Shown in pieces: positions 31,643-48,519 of a stretch of 64,000 nucleotides of DNA. The position numbers and the translations under genes are program-made. The notes beneath the pieces are model-generated. The model saw only the letters and a program-made list of their open reading frames with translations, was not told the origin of the DNA and did no database searches. The stretch comes from the human T2T-CHM13v2.0 reference genome, Homo sapiens. Numbering within the stretch: position 1 is the stretch's first letter; each line of letters starts with the position of its first letter. The DNA is taken from assembly GCF_009914755.1 (NCBI RefSeq), contig NC_060933.1; one strand, given 5' to 3'.

Positions 31643-33511
31643 TCAACACTCTACCTAACACTCTACAAACTAAAAAAATCCATTTATATGGGAAATTATT
31701 GGAGCAGAACCTAGTCAAGTTCAGAAGTATCCTAGTAAACCATGGTCAAACTTCCCTGATATTTCTTGAAAAATCAGAAGCAAAGGAAGGCTTCAAAACT
31801 GTAGTTGATGACCTTATCTCCAAAGACTTTCTCATACGCTGCAATAGCCCATGCACCACACTTGTTCTGCTGGTACACTTTTTTCATGACCTCAGGAAAG
31901 ATCAACAAAATTGTTTTGCTTTGCTTCCTAGTAGTACCTATCCTGTCATCAATTCTGCCCAAAACCACTTGCTTGACCATATTGAATCTTTACTGTGCAT
32001 TTTTCAGTGTGCTTCCAAACCAGAACAGTCAACGACTTTGCCTTCATCTGGAGAGGACAACAAATATACCCGGATAGTCATACCCCAGGGGCTCACTAAA
32101 GCCCCCTCTTACTTTCCACAAGTCCTCAATCAAGACTTAAAAGTTCTAAATTTCACTTGTGATTCAGTTTTGATGCAGTATATGCAGGATCAGATGATCT
32201 CCACTGCTTTCTTCAGAGAACGAGGAAGCTGGTGAGAAGGTGAGAGCAAGTAAATACTTGCTCTCAGCCATAGCAGAAAAAGAACATAATGTTTCAAAAG
32301 ATAAATTATAATTTTGTCAAAAGACAGGCTAGTATTTAGGGTGTAAGTTATCTTAAGAGGGTGAAATTATTTTGCCTCTATTGGTAGGCAGAACACTATC
32401 GAAACTTCACCTCGATGCCTCGCAAAATGACAATTGAGAGGATTTCTAGGTTTAACTGGATATTGTAGACAATGGCTGTGAAATTTTTCTGAGCTTGCAA
32501 TCTCTTTTTATGAATTGGCTGAGTCCTTAGTAAGAAACTGTCTTTTGTGGGGGCCCAAATATAAATTCTGTAACTCAAGAAGGCTCTTCAGTAGCCTCTT
32601 CCTTTGGTAGTTAGGCACTCTCTTTCATAATTAGGCACCCCTGACTACAATATGCCATTTTGTCTAATTGTGCATGGATAACTTGTACAAGCTTTTTTGT
32701 TTTTAACTCAATGTCATGGAAACCATCAAAAATTCATCATTTTCCATAGCCTTACCCTTGACCCAGCTGTAAAGGCTTATAGCCCTTGTCTTAAGGCAAC
32801 AGCTTCCACTGCAACATTTGTTGATGCTTCTTTTAAACTATTTCTAGGCTCCCCACCTCACATCATGATTCCCTGGCCAGTGTAGACATAACCACTGACA
32901 AAGAGCATGCAATACTTTTCAACCAGCTGATCAACTTGTTATGAGAGTTTTACTCCCTCTCTCTCGCTTTACTATTCACTGATGCAATTCCTTAAACTGC
33001 CACTCTTCTCCCCCTGCCAGAAGAAGGGAACCTCATGATGGTTATAAGTCAGGGGAGTTTCTGTACCTCACTCAGATTGATGAGAGACTGGCTCTCATTG
33101 TGAACTCTGATTCAATGTTATTCATTGATGGATCATACCTCAAAACTGATATTGAAAATTATCACTAATTTAAGCTCTACTTTAGAATATATTTTCTATC
33201 TGAGGTAAAATCAACCCATATAATGGAATTTATTACACTTACTAGAGCTTGTCAATTAGCTGAAGACCATGTAGTAAACATATAGCAGGTATGCTTTTAG
33301 AGTACTACATGAATTTGGGATGCTTTGGGGAAAAAAAGAAATTCATCATCTCTGCTGGAAACCCCATGAAAATGAATAAGTTAAGGCACTCTACTTTCTA
33401 GAGTTGGCTATTTTAAGGTTGAGGCCCATACAAAGAAAGAAGGTAATAGAAAAACTAAAGAAAAAATTCTAACAGAACTTTATGCCAAAAAAAAGCCTTA
33501 ACTAAAGTTAA

Positions 33512-33836
33512 TGTTTTTGTTTGTTTGTTTGGTTGGTTGGTTTTTGTTTTTTGAGATGGATTCTTGCTCTGTCGCCCATGCTGGAGTGCAGTGGTGCCAC
33601 CTCAGCTCACTACAAGTTCCACCTCCTGGGTTCACGCCATTCTCCTGCCTCAGCCTCCTGAGTAGCTGGGACTACAGGCACCCGCCGCCACGCCTGGCCT
33701 TTTTTTTTTTTTTTTTTTAATAGAGATGGGGTTTCACTGTGTTAGTCAGGATGTTCTCCATCTCCTGACCTCGTGATCCACCTGCCTCAGCCTCCCAAAG
33801 TGCTGGGATTACAAGCGTGAGCCACCGAGCCTGGCC
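33512..33836 (-). mobile_element. AluY/Sc-like
   Basis: TSD ctaaagtta(a/t)t. Confidence 0.95.
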
Positions 33837-34019
33837 TAAAGTTATTGTCTTCTGTAAATCTTCAAAGGAGAAGTTTCTAAGGATTCAGATAGGCCATCAT
33901 AAAATATCAGTGGGTCAACCCCAGTTTCCAAACGGAAGTCTGGAAATTCCACCTCAGACTGGAGCTTCCAAATGCGGCCACCCTTGATTATTCAGGCAGT
34001 CTACCTGGGGGAGTTACTG

Positions 34020-34410
34020 ACTCACTGTGTGAATAATCAGAGTGAGAATTGTACAAATAGAAAAAAACTGTAAGAAAACCATCACCAATAGTTTCATCAC
34101 CAATAACTCTGGCAGAAGTTATTAATGACATTGTCTCTATTATTACAAGTAATAATAACCATATTTCTCTAGATTTCTTGTTGGCTACTCATGGTAGCTC
34201 TGTGTTATTGCTAATACTTCTCACTATATTTGAATCAACGAAACAGGCAAAGTAAAACAGGCTCTACATCTCACATTTCCTTATGGAAAAAAGATAATTG
34301 CCATTCTAAGGCAGATCTTCATGGTCTGTGGCCTATATGTTCTCTTGGTCTGGGGTGGAAAATTAGAATTTCTGCTTCTGTAACATTTTATAGGGACTAG
34401 TGATTATTTT
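34020..34410 (+). pseudogene. ERV env transmembrane remnant
   Basis: NHISLDFLLATHGS-CVIANTSHYI*INETGKV matches the gamma-type immunosuppressive domain and decayed CX6CC motif. Confidence 0.8.
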
Positions 34411-34415
34411 TGTTT

Positions 34416-35250
34416 TTGAAACCCGACCTTTAAGCCAAAGACAGCCTGACCCCTGAAAACCCAACTGCCAGTTCTAGGTAGAGTCCACAACCGGAGTGAG
34501 AACATCCTCTATGCCTTTTAACCAATAAATGGTGCTTTTTCCAAGACCACCCCCGGCCCAATCAGCATGCACTCCTCCATTCTGAGCCCTTAAAAATCCT
34601 ATACTCAGCTACACAGATGGCTGCCGGCTTTCAGGCCCCCTTTCACACAGAAGTCTACCCACTTCAGGTCCCCTCTTGTGTTGAGAGCTTTTCTGTCGCT
34701 CAATAAAATTCTTCTCTGCCTTTCTGACTCTCTGCTGTCCACACACCTTATTCTTGTTGGTTGTGGGAACTCCCGAAGCTGCGGGTGGCAGTAACAAAGG
34801 AGATGTAATGCACCCCTGTTCACTGAGCTGCAGGCAGCAGGAACCAGAGAGAACTGTAACATTTCCGGGGGGCTCAGACCTCAGGACTCCCCAAGCAAAA
34901 GCTGTAACACCCTTTGGGGCTTTGTAGTTGCTGTCATCTCCAAGTATTCCGGCGCCACCACCTCCCCTTCATCTAGATACCAGCGCCCAATATGGAAACC
35001 AATTGCAGCATGCCCAGTCCAGCTACGAGCTGAGCACGCAGCCACACTGACCACAGGATCTGGGCCAGTAATGTGAGCCAAGCGCAGCCTGCTGGGCCAA
35101 GTGGGCAGAGCAACCTGGCAGGCCTGAGCAAGGGCCGGAACAGAAGTCAGTGCAGCCACAGAGATTTCCAGCTGGTGAAGCGGCACTGAACGAATCCTGT
35201 AACACTGTAACCCTCCCTCTCACTCGCCAAGCAACAGGGGAGAAAAAGCC
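34416..35250 (+). mobile_element. 5'-truncated LTR27/MER52-group LTR nested in the provirus
   Basis: tgaaacccgacctttaagccaaagacagcc...aatcctgtaaca; clearly related to 12508-13569. Confidence 0.7.
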
Positions 35251-35393
35251 GCTGGGCACCATTCCACCCTGCACACGGAACTACAAAACGTGCAACACTT
35301 TGGTCATACCTGCCATGATGCAGGTCCATCACAACCTCTGCCAAGTCTTACATTCTACTGGGCAGCTGTTCTCACCAGAGATCATTGCCATAC

Positions 35394-35829
35394 TGTGTCC
35401 GGAGTTGGTTCCTACTGGTGGGTTCATGGTCTCGCTGACTTCATGAATAAAGCCACAGACCTTCGCTGTGACTGTTACAGCTCTTAAAGACGGCACAGAC
35501 CCAAACTGAGCACTAGCAAGGTTTATCGTGAAGAGCAAAGCTTCCACAGCATGGAAGGGGGAGCTGGTTGCCACTGGTGGCTGGGGTGGCCAGCTTTTAT
35601 TCCCTTATTGGCCCCTCCCATATTCTGTTCCTGTCCTATCAGAATGCCCTTTTTTCAATCCTCCGGGCAATTGGCTACTTTTAGAATCTGCTGATTGGTG
35701 CATTTTACAGAGTGCTGATTGGTGCATTTTACAGAGTGCTGATTGGTGCTTTATACAATCCTCTTGTAAGACAGGAAAGTTCCCCAGGTCCCCACTGGAC
35801 CCAGGGAGTCCAACTGGCCTCACATCTCA
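35394..35829 (-). mobile_element. LTR12-family solo LTR
   Basis: tgtgtccggagttggttcc...cacatctca; three tandem gctgattggtgc units. Confidence 0.9.
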
Positions 35830-35975
35830 GTGCTGACACAACAACAAAAAGTCAAGACCTCACAATATAGTTTGTAATGGAGACCACTCGGCAATATCAC
35901 AGTGGTGAAGATGTGGGTTTCTAGCTGCCCCTGAATTGGTCAATCTCTCGTAAGAGAATGACCATAATGGGGGGC

Positions 35976-36384
35976 TGAGAGGATAAATATTCAAATGAAT
36001 AGTGGTCAGATGATATGACAATAGAATTCTGATTCACAATCTCTGAAGCCACCAGTCCAGGAAGCCAAACCACATCATTGGCAGTGATTGGTCCCAAATG
36101 GTCAGGATATCATTAATGACTGTTAGCTTCCCTATTTTGCCTTGTTTCCAACTTAGAACCAACCAAATAAAGCAAAATATGTTCCCCAAACCAACCACAT
36201 AAGATACTCTGCTTCTAGTTAACCTACTTCCAACTTCCCCTTGCCAACTACATGCAATCAGAGCATACTTGAAGCCTTCCCCCACGCTTTCCCTCCCGTT
36301 TTTTGCTCACTCTAAAGCTTTCCCACTCCCAAACTTTGAATTAATCACCTGTTCTCATGTGGGTAGTCTACCTTTATTTCTACA
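35976..36384 (+). mobile_element. 3' LTR of the provirus
   Basis: TG...CA termini after the polypurine tract; followed by GTAA. Confidence 0.8.
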
Positions 36385-37022
36385 GTAAGGTGCATGCAAG
36401 CCTTTTCTAGTCATATTTAAAATGGTGAAAAGCAGCATCATACCAGAAATATTTGATTTTCTACTTTTTAATTAGGTAAGCAGAGAGGGATGATTTCTGA
36501 GTCTTACAAAGAGTACATATCATTTCAGAAACATATGAGTTATGGAAAGTGATGTCTGCTTTTCTCTATATTATACATAAAACATAGCAAATATCTTACT
36601 TTAATGAGCTGGTGTGTGGGGATATAGAGATGACCAAGCTGAAAGGATTGACAATAAGATAACAACTAGAAACTGAATCCCTGAAGTGACATCTCTGTGC
36701 TTGCAGCCTTTTCTCTGAATATAAAATGCACATTTTTACACAACCCCTGTGAAATCTTAGTACTTTATATCACAAGGGTAAGTAAAATGCACACATTTTT
36801 AAAAATCAAGTATTTTAAGGTCTCCAAAATGACAGATCTTTTCCCTCTGTGAGTCATATCATGATTTATCTTGGAAGTATTTTAAGAATATTCTATGACA
36901 CAAAGAGACTAAGGTTATTCAAATGAGTTTGAAGTCCCTTTAGTTTCTCTTTATTCTCAATGAATTGCAATGGCAACTGCAGTTCCTTACCCTGCTTCCA
37001 GCTCTCTGCTGAAGTTGAGTTT

Positions 37023-37511
37023 TGTGGGGGTTCAATCAGGCCAGTTGGAAAAATATTAATGATAGTTATAGTAATAGCCACAAACTCTCTTGGAAAGCCT
37101 GAGAGTTTGCATAGCTTCTGATTGTCTGGCTGAAGGCAGCCAGAGTCTCTTTGCAGGAGCTAGAGAGCTTAAGGCACAAATACAAAATAATGTAGAGTAG
37201 TTTATCTAACTAACTTGTTTTCCTAAGACTAACCTTTGATGTACCCTGGGTGCTTAATTGCTTTCTACCCAGGAAGTCCACAATGTCAATTTCCCTCTAA
37301 TGGTGTTTTCCTATGACCTTTGTCAGTTAATCTTTACTAAATAAATGCAAGTCTCACTGACTGATCGAGGAGTTGCAACTGTTTACAGTACTCTCCTGGG
37401 AGTCTGTAGGTGGCTCAGACACTCAGCTGGACTGGCAAAGCAGAATATCTGTGTGTCAGTGTACTTCATTCATCCATCGCTGGGTCAGGGTCTGCAGGTT
37501 GGACCCTAGCA
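37023..37511 (+). mobile_element. LTR22 (HML-5) solo LTR
   Basis: tgtgggggttcaatcaggc...ggtctgcaggttggaccctagca; 6-bp TSD gagttt/gaggtt. Confidence 0.85.
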
Positions 37512-37685
37512 GAGGTTCCTCAAAGGATTCCACATTCTTGCTCACCAAAGCTGTTGTGGTTTTCTTCACCATGGAAGTAGATAAGTAGCAGGCCTTTGCC
37601 CTAATAGTTGGTCAAGTCCCTGCAGGCGCATGGGGGCCATTGTTCTGGCAAATGCTGGTTGGGGAGAACATATGGATTTTAATCA

Positions 37686-38065
37686 CTTTTAAAAATAGAC
37701 TTGGGGGTACAAGTGCAGTTTTGTTACATGGATATATTGTGTGCTGGTGAAACCTCAGCATTTAGTGTACCCATCACCCAAATAGTGTACAGTGTACCTT
37801 TCAGGTAATTTCTCATCCCTCACTTCCCTCTCACCCTTCCAGTGTCTACTGGAGTCTCCAAAATCTCCAATGAGTCTTCAATGTCTATTCCACTTTTCAT
37901 GTCCATGGGTACATATTACTTATCTCTCACTTATAAGTGAGAACATGCAGTCTTTGAATTTCTGTTTCTGAGTTATATCACTTAAGATAATGGCCTCCAG
38001 TTCCATCCATATTGCTGCAAAAAATATAATTTCATTCTTTTTTATGGCTGAGAAGTATTCCATAC
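37686..38065 (-). mobile_element. L1 3' UTR fragment (L1MA/PA)
   Basis: cacttataagtgagaacatg, ataatggcctccagttccatcc. Confidence 0.9.
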
Positions 38066-39879
38066 TTCCCAAACAGAAATGTTGTACTTGTGATAACATC
38101 CAGCCACTTCTTTTATCTTATTTGGAATTCAAAGGGGGCAAATTTCTTCTTATTATTAAGCAGTATATAAAGCAACCAAGAATAATCTTCAGACCAAAGA
38201 AGACTATTCATGTCCATGAGGATGGCACAGAGAGAGACTGGCATAAGATAAACTGAGAAAGGCAGAGGAATGGAAGGGTTTAGGGCTTCAAAGGTCAGGA
38301 TAAGCAACTTGAATTTTATTCTGAATGCAATGGGCAATCATTGAAGTGCTTTAGGCAGTGGAGTGACTTTTTCTTTTCAAGTTTTGAGTGATTGTCCATC
38401 TTCAACCCGTAATCCCTCCTATTTACCTTAATTCCTCCTTTTTACCAGAATGGTTACAGAGCCAAGTCAAGGGAGGGGTTGGTACCATTAGAATATAAAT
38501 AACATTTTCTGAATAGACATAGGGCTTTTCTTGCAACACTAAGTTACCATTACACTTCTAGGTAAAACAAATGTGATGATTTGTACGTGTGCATAGAATC
38601 TAGGATGAATTGTACTTTGAGTTCTAGACTCAAATTGGGGTGGTAGAAGTGGAATGGAGCCAGGAAATAGTTAAATTCTAGTCTCTGGGGTTCCATTAAG
38701 GAGAACAGATCATTCTTATCCTCTTTGGTTATAAAGGCCCTAAATTGTCTTTTCCATGCTTGAATGGGTAATTTTAAATATTAAATACATAGAATAAGCA
38801 GGCCTTCAGGAATTTATTACTTCACACAGTCCATATGCAGCCCTCTTATTTTGTGCCTTAGCCCCTGTGGACACCTCTTCCCAAAGCACCAGATTTTCCT
38901 GCTGTTGTAAGTGTGTACAGGACCCAAGGCTGAAGTACCTTACTGACACAGCGGGTTGCTGACCTCACCCCTCATCTTCAAAGCATTTTCAAGTTGGAGC
39001 ATATTTGTGAAATAAATATTATCTTTCTTCCTTCTAATTACAAAATTAATAAATGTTACTTTGTAAAAATAATAATTAAAAATTCACTCCTATTTTCATC
39101 ATTCCCAAATAACAGCAAAAATTTTAGTGTCATCTTTTTTTTAATCTTTCTTGTGCACTCATTTATAGTGTGAGGTACAGGGAAATTTAAGGAGCAAAGA
39201 AGAAGTTTAATTTTTTAAAATCATTTTGAAATTACTAGAAGTATTAAATCCTTAGAGGTTAATTTCATTTACATTGGGAAAACTCTCTTTTTCTCTGGCA
39301 TGAACCACTTGGACAGTCCCTCTCATGATAACAGGTATAAGGCAAGTGCCCAATGCATGGTTCAGGGGATGGTTGTAACTATGTTTGTCTTATCAATGGT
39401 CTGATAAGTGAGGTTGCTCCTGCTTCTAGAAGTATCTATTTTTCATTTGCAAATTTATAGAGATATAAAAGAGCCATTTGCAGAAGGGAAGTGGCATCCA
39501 GACCATTTCTCTTTGAGCTTCAGTGCCATTTAGAACATGTTTGATAAACTAGGGTGTCTCAGACTCACAAGTATTGGGAGAAAAGAGCAACAGTGGCCCA
39601 TTAAAGGAAACTCAATATAAGTGAAGTGAGGTACTGGCTGGGACTGAACACTTGGGTCACTGTTGATAGGGAGAATGTGTGGCAGATGCTGACTTCTGTA
39701 TCAGGATTATCAGTGGTGTTTGAAGCCTGTTGAAGTGGATTGTGGTGATGCTCGTTCAGTCACACCACTCACCCCAGTTAGTTAAAGGCCATAAGAAGGC
39801 AGAAAGGCAGGTTCATCCTGAGTCAGGGTTTGTGAGAGTGATGCCATGCGATGGGCAGAGAGGCTAGGGAAGCAGCTAT

Positions 39880-40032
39880 CAAACGATAATGTACTTCAGA
39901 GGCGCATATTCCATTTGCAGATTTCAAGCTTCATTCATTCCAGATTGAATGGGGCCTAGGAATATGCATTTTAGCAAGTACCCCTGGTAATTCGGAGGCA
40001 ATAGTTTCATGGACCACACTTGGAGAAACACA
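39880..40032. mobile_element. MER5A-like MITE
   Basis: ggggcctagg...tgcattttagcaag...ggaccacacttggagaaac. Confidence 0.7.
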
Positions 40033-41127
40033 GTTTTGACTAATGATACAAGAGAGGAAATGGTAAATAATGGACGATATTCTTCCTAAGCTTGATAAGA
40101 TGAGAAACGAATACAGCAGGAGCTAATAGATGGGGAGAAAGTCAGGTGGAATGGATGGAATTAATGAGGTTACTGAGTATCGGGATGAAGGGAATTTCAT
40201 CCTGAGGAGAATACGAGTAAGAAGCATTTTCAAGCAAGATAAAAATCAGATATGACTTTTCGTACTGAAAAGTCTGAAGTTAAAATAATTAAAACTGCTG
40301 TTTGTTCAGAAATCGACAAATCAACAATGAAATGAGGGGTCTCAGAATATAGTGTGAACGTATGAACATAATGAAAGGTAAAGGTGACATTATAAATGTG
40401 TAGGGTCACAGAATATGAACAAAGCGACATAATAACATACAGAAAGGACATTTTGTCTTTTGTGTCACACTGTGTCTCATCCCCCACAGGAAGTAGGAGC
40501 ACATGTCCAATGGCATTTAATTAGTAGACTTTTTTGAAAACCGAGAGAATATACAACCGCCCAAAAGTCAGAGTACCCCTCCCTCTTCTACATAGAGAGG
40601 CGGGAGAGACTGATCCCAGGTACCTCCAGGGGACTGAAGAGCTAATATTTAGTGAGCAATGAGTGTATGATTTTGAAACAGATTTTCAACAGCACATCTC
40701 GTCACTTTTCAGTGTCTTCTACAGATAGAATAGAACCAAGAGAAATGAAGAAGTGTGGTGGTGAGGGAACAGGCTTAGATACAGAATGCCAAATATCTCA
40801 CTGATGGCTTAGGCTACCCGTAAATTGGATACAAATGCTAAAATCACATCCCTGTGGTAGTGAGAGAGAGCAATGATCTTAGGTTTATGGTAAGGAAGAG
40901 ATTTCTATGGGAATTCTATGGAGGGGTTACTCAACGTTTTACTGGTGTTCAACTTCAGCATATTGCCCAACCCATTTAAAGACTTGTCTTTGTGTAGTAT
41001 TTGATAGATTAATATATATTTTAATATATTTTTCTACCCAATTTTCCTTATTAAATTAAAAAACTGTGGTTCAGAGTGATAAAGCGTATTGAAGTTGGTA
41101 CCATTAGAATATAAATAACATTTTTCT

Positions 41128-43422
<2,295 letters not shown>

Positions 43423-44049
43423 CATAATTTCACCTTGTAAGGTGAATCCTCCTTGGTTCTCATGTAACCAATGTTTTAACACTCTTCTTTAAAAGGGCTT
43501 TTCTTAATGTTGGAAAAATTTCCCAAAACAAAAAGTGCAATAGGGACATATTAAATTTAGCAACCAAAGTGAACAATGTCTATTTTGTTTCTAGTTTCCT
43601 CTAGTCACTGTGCTCCTTGGTCACTCCCACACCCTAAATTCTGAAACAAGTGGGCACTCAAATCAGTAAGACCACAGTGGCACTCAAATAAAAAGCCCTC
43701 CCAGCATCCCTCTTATTTCCCCTAGGAGTTGTTTTTATTTGCTTTGGGTTAGCTGCTATACTTATCTGCCACCCGCAGCTGTAGACATTTGGTTGAGTTG
43801 TTGGACTTGCTGGTGCTTTGCAGACCCAACCTGAGTGAAAGGCTCTTGGAGAATAAACTTGAAAAAATCAGGCAAACTGACGCTCTTAACAGTGGACAGC
43901 ACCTGCTGTCCTAAAAAATTAACCCCACCACAATAGGATGGGGTTATTTGTGCCCATTCATGGTGGTATGGGGACATTGTGATGCATGTTTATTGAGTAA
44001 TGCATGTTTATTGAGTAATAATAAGTGTAGTTCCAAACATAGAAAGTAA

Positions 44050-44437
<388 letters not shown>

Positions 44438-44645
44438 AATTTGTGTTTTTTATAACTACATGCTGTCAGATTGATTAAGGGAACTTCTCTAAACGTGTGT
44501 GTGTGTGCGTGTGTGTATGTGTCCACTGTATCTTCAAGTGTGAAGACTCCTTTATGAGCATACCTCTGTGAAGCTGTATTTCTATCCATTTATAATTCAA
44601 GAACTTTTAAACTCAGTTAAAGAATGCTCATGTCCCAAGAAATAG

Positions 44646-44992
<347 letters not shown>

Positions 44993-46701
44993 TTAGAGCA
45001 TATTTTAGATCAGCGGGGAATAATCTCCACCAAGAACAGTAATAGCTTGGGCAAGGACAAGCACCTTGACAGAGGTTGTAGAGCTCTTTGCAGCTTCCAC
45101 TTGCACCTCTACTTTGTGCATTCTGTGGTCATTAGGAAACAGAAGAAAGCAGCTAGCCACAGCTTCATATCTTCAGGAAGATAAGCCCGTACATGCAAAG
45201 GGACCAGTCTTCATAAGCATTTACAGCACCAGTCCTGTCATTTGAGGAAAAGTTTTAAAAGGCCAATTCTCATTTTTGAGGAAAGAAATAAGGCATTTTT
45301 TTTTTTTGCTCTTAAGGAAATCGGTATTATGGGCTGCACTGTAGAAATAACCAGGAAGCCAACTTTTATAATGTGACACAAGCAGATAAGCCAAGCTGTC
45401 TGCGTATGCTTGCTAAGGAGCACATGCATGGAGCTGTGGGTATATTGGGTATTAGGGCTCAGCATTTACTGAGAACACTGTGCTCAGTGCTACACAGGTT
45501 TTCATGGATCATCTCACAATGGCCACATAGTGAATATCCTCATTTTACATGCAGAAGAATTGGCTGAGGCACAATGAGGTTAAGCCACAGCCCCTGGCCC
45601 CCCCACCTGGTGAAAGACAGAGCTAACAGTCAGATGGATTTTATGGAGTCCATGAGCCCCTGCCCACCTTGCCCACTAACTTCAGAGTTAGTGTGTACCC
45701 AGGGTCATGAAAGGTCAAGCGGTGGGGGGAACTCTGAGTCAAACTATCTTAGCCTCCAGGGTGAGTTTCATGCTGTTTATTCCCTTTCACCATCAACAAG
45801 AGAAAAAACTCTAGACCGTATACGTATAAGCTCGCCCAGAGATGGAATAAGAGCTTTAAAATGTTTCCTTTTCCTATACTTCCCATTTCTATTTTCTCTT
45901 ATTTCTCTTGCTGCTGGAATTTCTCTGGTCTCAGGCCCTGGTTACCTTATGCCTAAACCACCCATAAGCTTCCATGGTCATTCGTCACTTCTGTTACCCT
46001 TCTCTAACTGACCCTGTGTCCTCCGTCCTGACAATCGTCCCAAAGGAAAGGTCTGCTTTAGCTGCTCCTCTGTTAAAAGGATGAAATCTATAAAACCCAG
46101 ACTTTCCATGATCAGATCCTTCTGAGCACCTTGTTGGAAATTAACTTCTGCCCTACTCTCTACCCTGGCAGCTCAACTTAGCTCAACCCTCATCTTTTCT
46201 TCCAACACTCAGCTATGTCCGCTCATATTTTCCTTTTCTGTAAGACTTCCACCTCTTTGCTTAGGCAAGTACCATAACTTCTTGAGGCAGAGTTAAAACT
46301 CCAAAACCAGCCCATTCAATGTTGTCCTTGTGTTTCCCGATCCTTATGATGCTTTCTGTCTCATCTTCACTGGCTCTATTTCTACCTGTTATTGTCAGGT
46401 ATTAATGTGCCATCTTCATGATTGGACTATAAATAGATAATTTATCTTGTTTATAAATTATGTAATATATATTTATTATTTATATATTATTTACATAGAT
46501 AATACATCTATCTTTATCCCGCCACCTAGAACAGAGCCTAATCAATATATTCAATAAATAAATATAGTAATATATTCTCTTCTTTCAACATTCTTCTTTA
46601 TTTCTGATTCTCCGCTGTGTTTTCTTCTTGTTCTCTGTCTTTATCTTTCATTTACATTCTTTTTTCCTTTTCCTTATTCTCATATGACTGATATTTTATG
46701 A

Positions 46702-47018
<317 letters not shown>

Positions 47019-47515
47019 CCTTCTTATTTCTTAATGAATTTATTTATTGAGGAGCCATGTAGGGAGACCTAGTGTACAAGCGTCCTGCATTTAGAATCAG
47101 TTGGACTTAATTTCTCTCTAATGCTTGTTTTCTTATCTGTGATTTGGTGGTCATAATAATACTTACATAAGAGGGTATGATTATTCCGAGGACTTATGGA
47201 AGTAAAGTGCTTAAAATGCTTATCACAGAGCCTGACACATAGTAGCCTCTAAAAATTTGTTACCAGGAACTGCGTTGGTAACATTAAAAAAAATTCTCCT
47301 GTTTTCAAGTGTACTACTGTTTCACAAGGGAGAGAAAAAAACATAAAAATAAAATTAAAACTTAATTTTAATTAACTTTTATTAAAAGTTTATTCTAAAG
47401 ATATAGTAGGTAAATTTTTATCTGAAGAATTAAAAATGAGCAGGATACTATGATTCATTTTAAATTAATTTTTGTGCATGGTGAAGTGCAGGTCAAGATA
47501 CGTGTTTTTCCGAAT

Positions 47516-48278
47516 TGTATTAGTCAGGGTTCTCCAGGAAAAGAGAACCAGCAGAAAAGCAGAATGTCTATCTGTCCTTCTATCTATCTATCTACCTATC
47601 TATATCAAGAGATTTATTTTTTAAAATTGGCTTACACAATTGTAAGGGCTTGGTTAATCCAAAATCTACAGGTTAGGCCAGCAGGCTCGAGACCCAGGGA
47701 AGAGTTGCAGTTTGACTCCAAAGGCAGTCTACTAGCAGAATTCCTCCTTGCTCAGGAAGTGTCAGTCTTTGCTCTATTATTATTATTATTATTTTTTGAG
47801 ACAGAGTCTTGCTCTGTCGCCCAGGCTGGAGTGCAGTGGCATCTCAGCTCACTGCAAGCTCCACCTCCCAGGTTCACACCATTCTTCTGCCTCAGCCTCC
47901 TGAGTAGCTGGGACTACAGGTGCCTGCCACTACGCCCGGCTAATTTTTTGTATTTTTAGTAGAGATGGGGTTTCACCGTGTTAGCCAGGATGGTCTCTAT
48001 CTCCTGACCTCGTGATCTGCCCACCTCAGCCTCCCAAAGTGCTGGGATTACAGGCGTAAGCCACCGTGCCCGGCCAGTCTTTGCTCTATTAAGTCTTTCA
48101 ACTGATTGGAGAAGGCCCATCCACACTATGGAGGGTAATGTGCATACCCTAAGTCCACTGATTTATGTATTATTCTTATCCAAATGAAAAAATCTTGACA
48201 GAAACATTCAGAATAATGTTTGACCAAATATCTGGGCACTGTGGCCCAGCCAAGTTTAAAGACAAAATTACCCACCAC
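47516..48278 (-). mobile_element. MLT2 (ERVL) LTR with nested AluY (47777-48075)
   Basis: tgtattagtcagggttctcc...aaattacccaccaca; Alu TSD cagtctttgctctatta. Confidence 0.85.
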
Positions 48279-48519
48279 ATCTACAGATATCTAACTGACC
48301 TAGTAAATTTTATTGAAAAGACTATCCTTTTGTCCGTTGAATGGAAGTGGCATCTTCATGAATATGTATCTAAACTATCTATTCTGCCTTAATTATAGTG
48401 TTTATAGTAAAATAATATGTATTACATATGAGAATATGTAAATAAATTATGTAATACATAAATATAAATATCATTTATAGTAAGCTAAGTCAAAGTTTAA
48501 TTTTTAGCAACATTTATTC

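Noticed and set aside
35689-35750. Regularly spaced direct repeats resembling a CRISPR array
   Set aside because: These are the normal CCAAT tandem units of LTR12, with no unique spacers, in eukaryotic DNA
38449-38560. SH3-like peptide YRAKSREGLVPLEY after an acceptor-like site
   Set aside because: Followed almost immediately by a stop and too short to support homology
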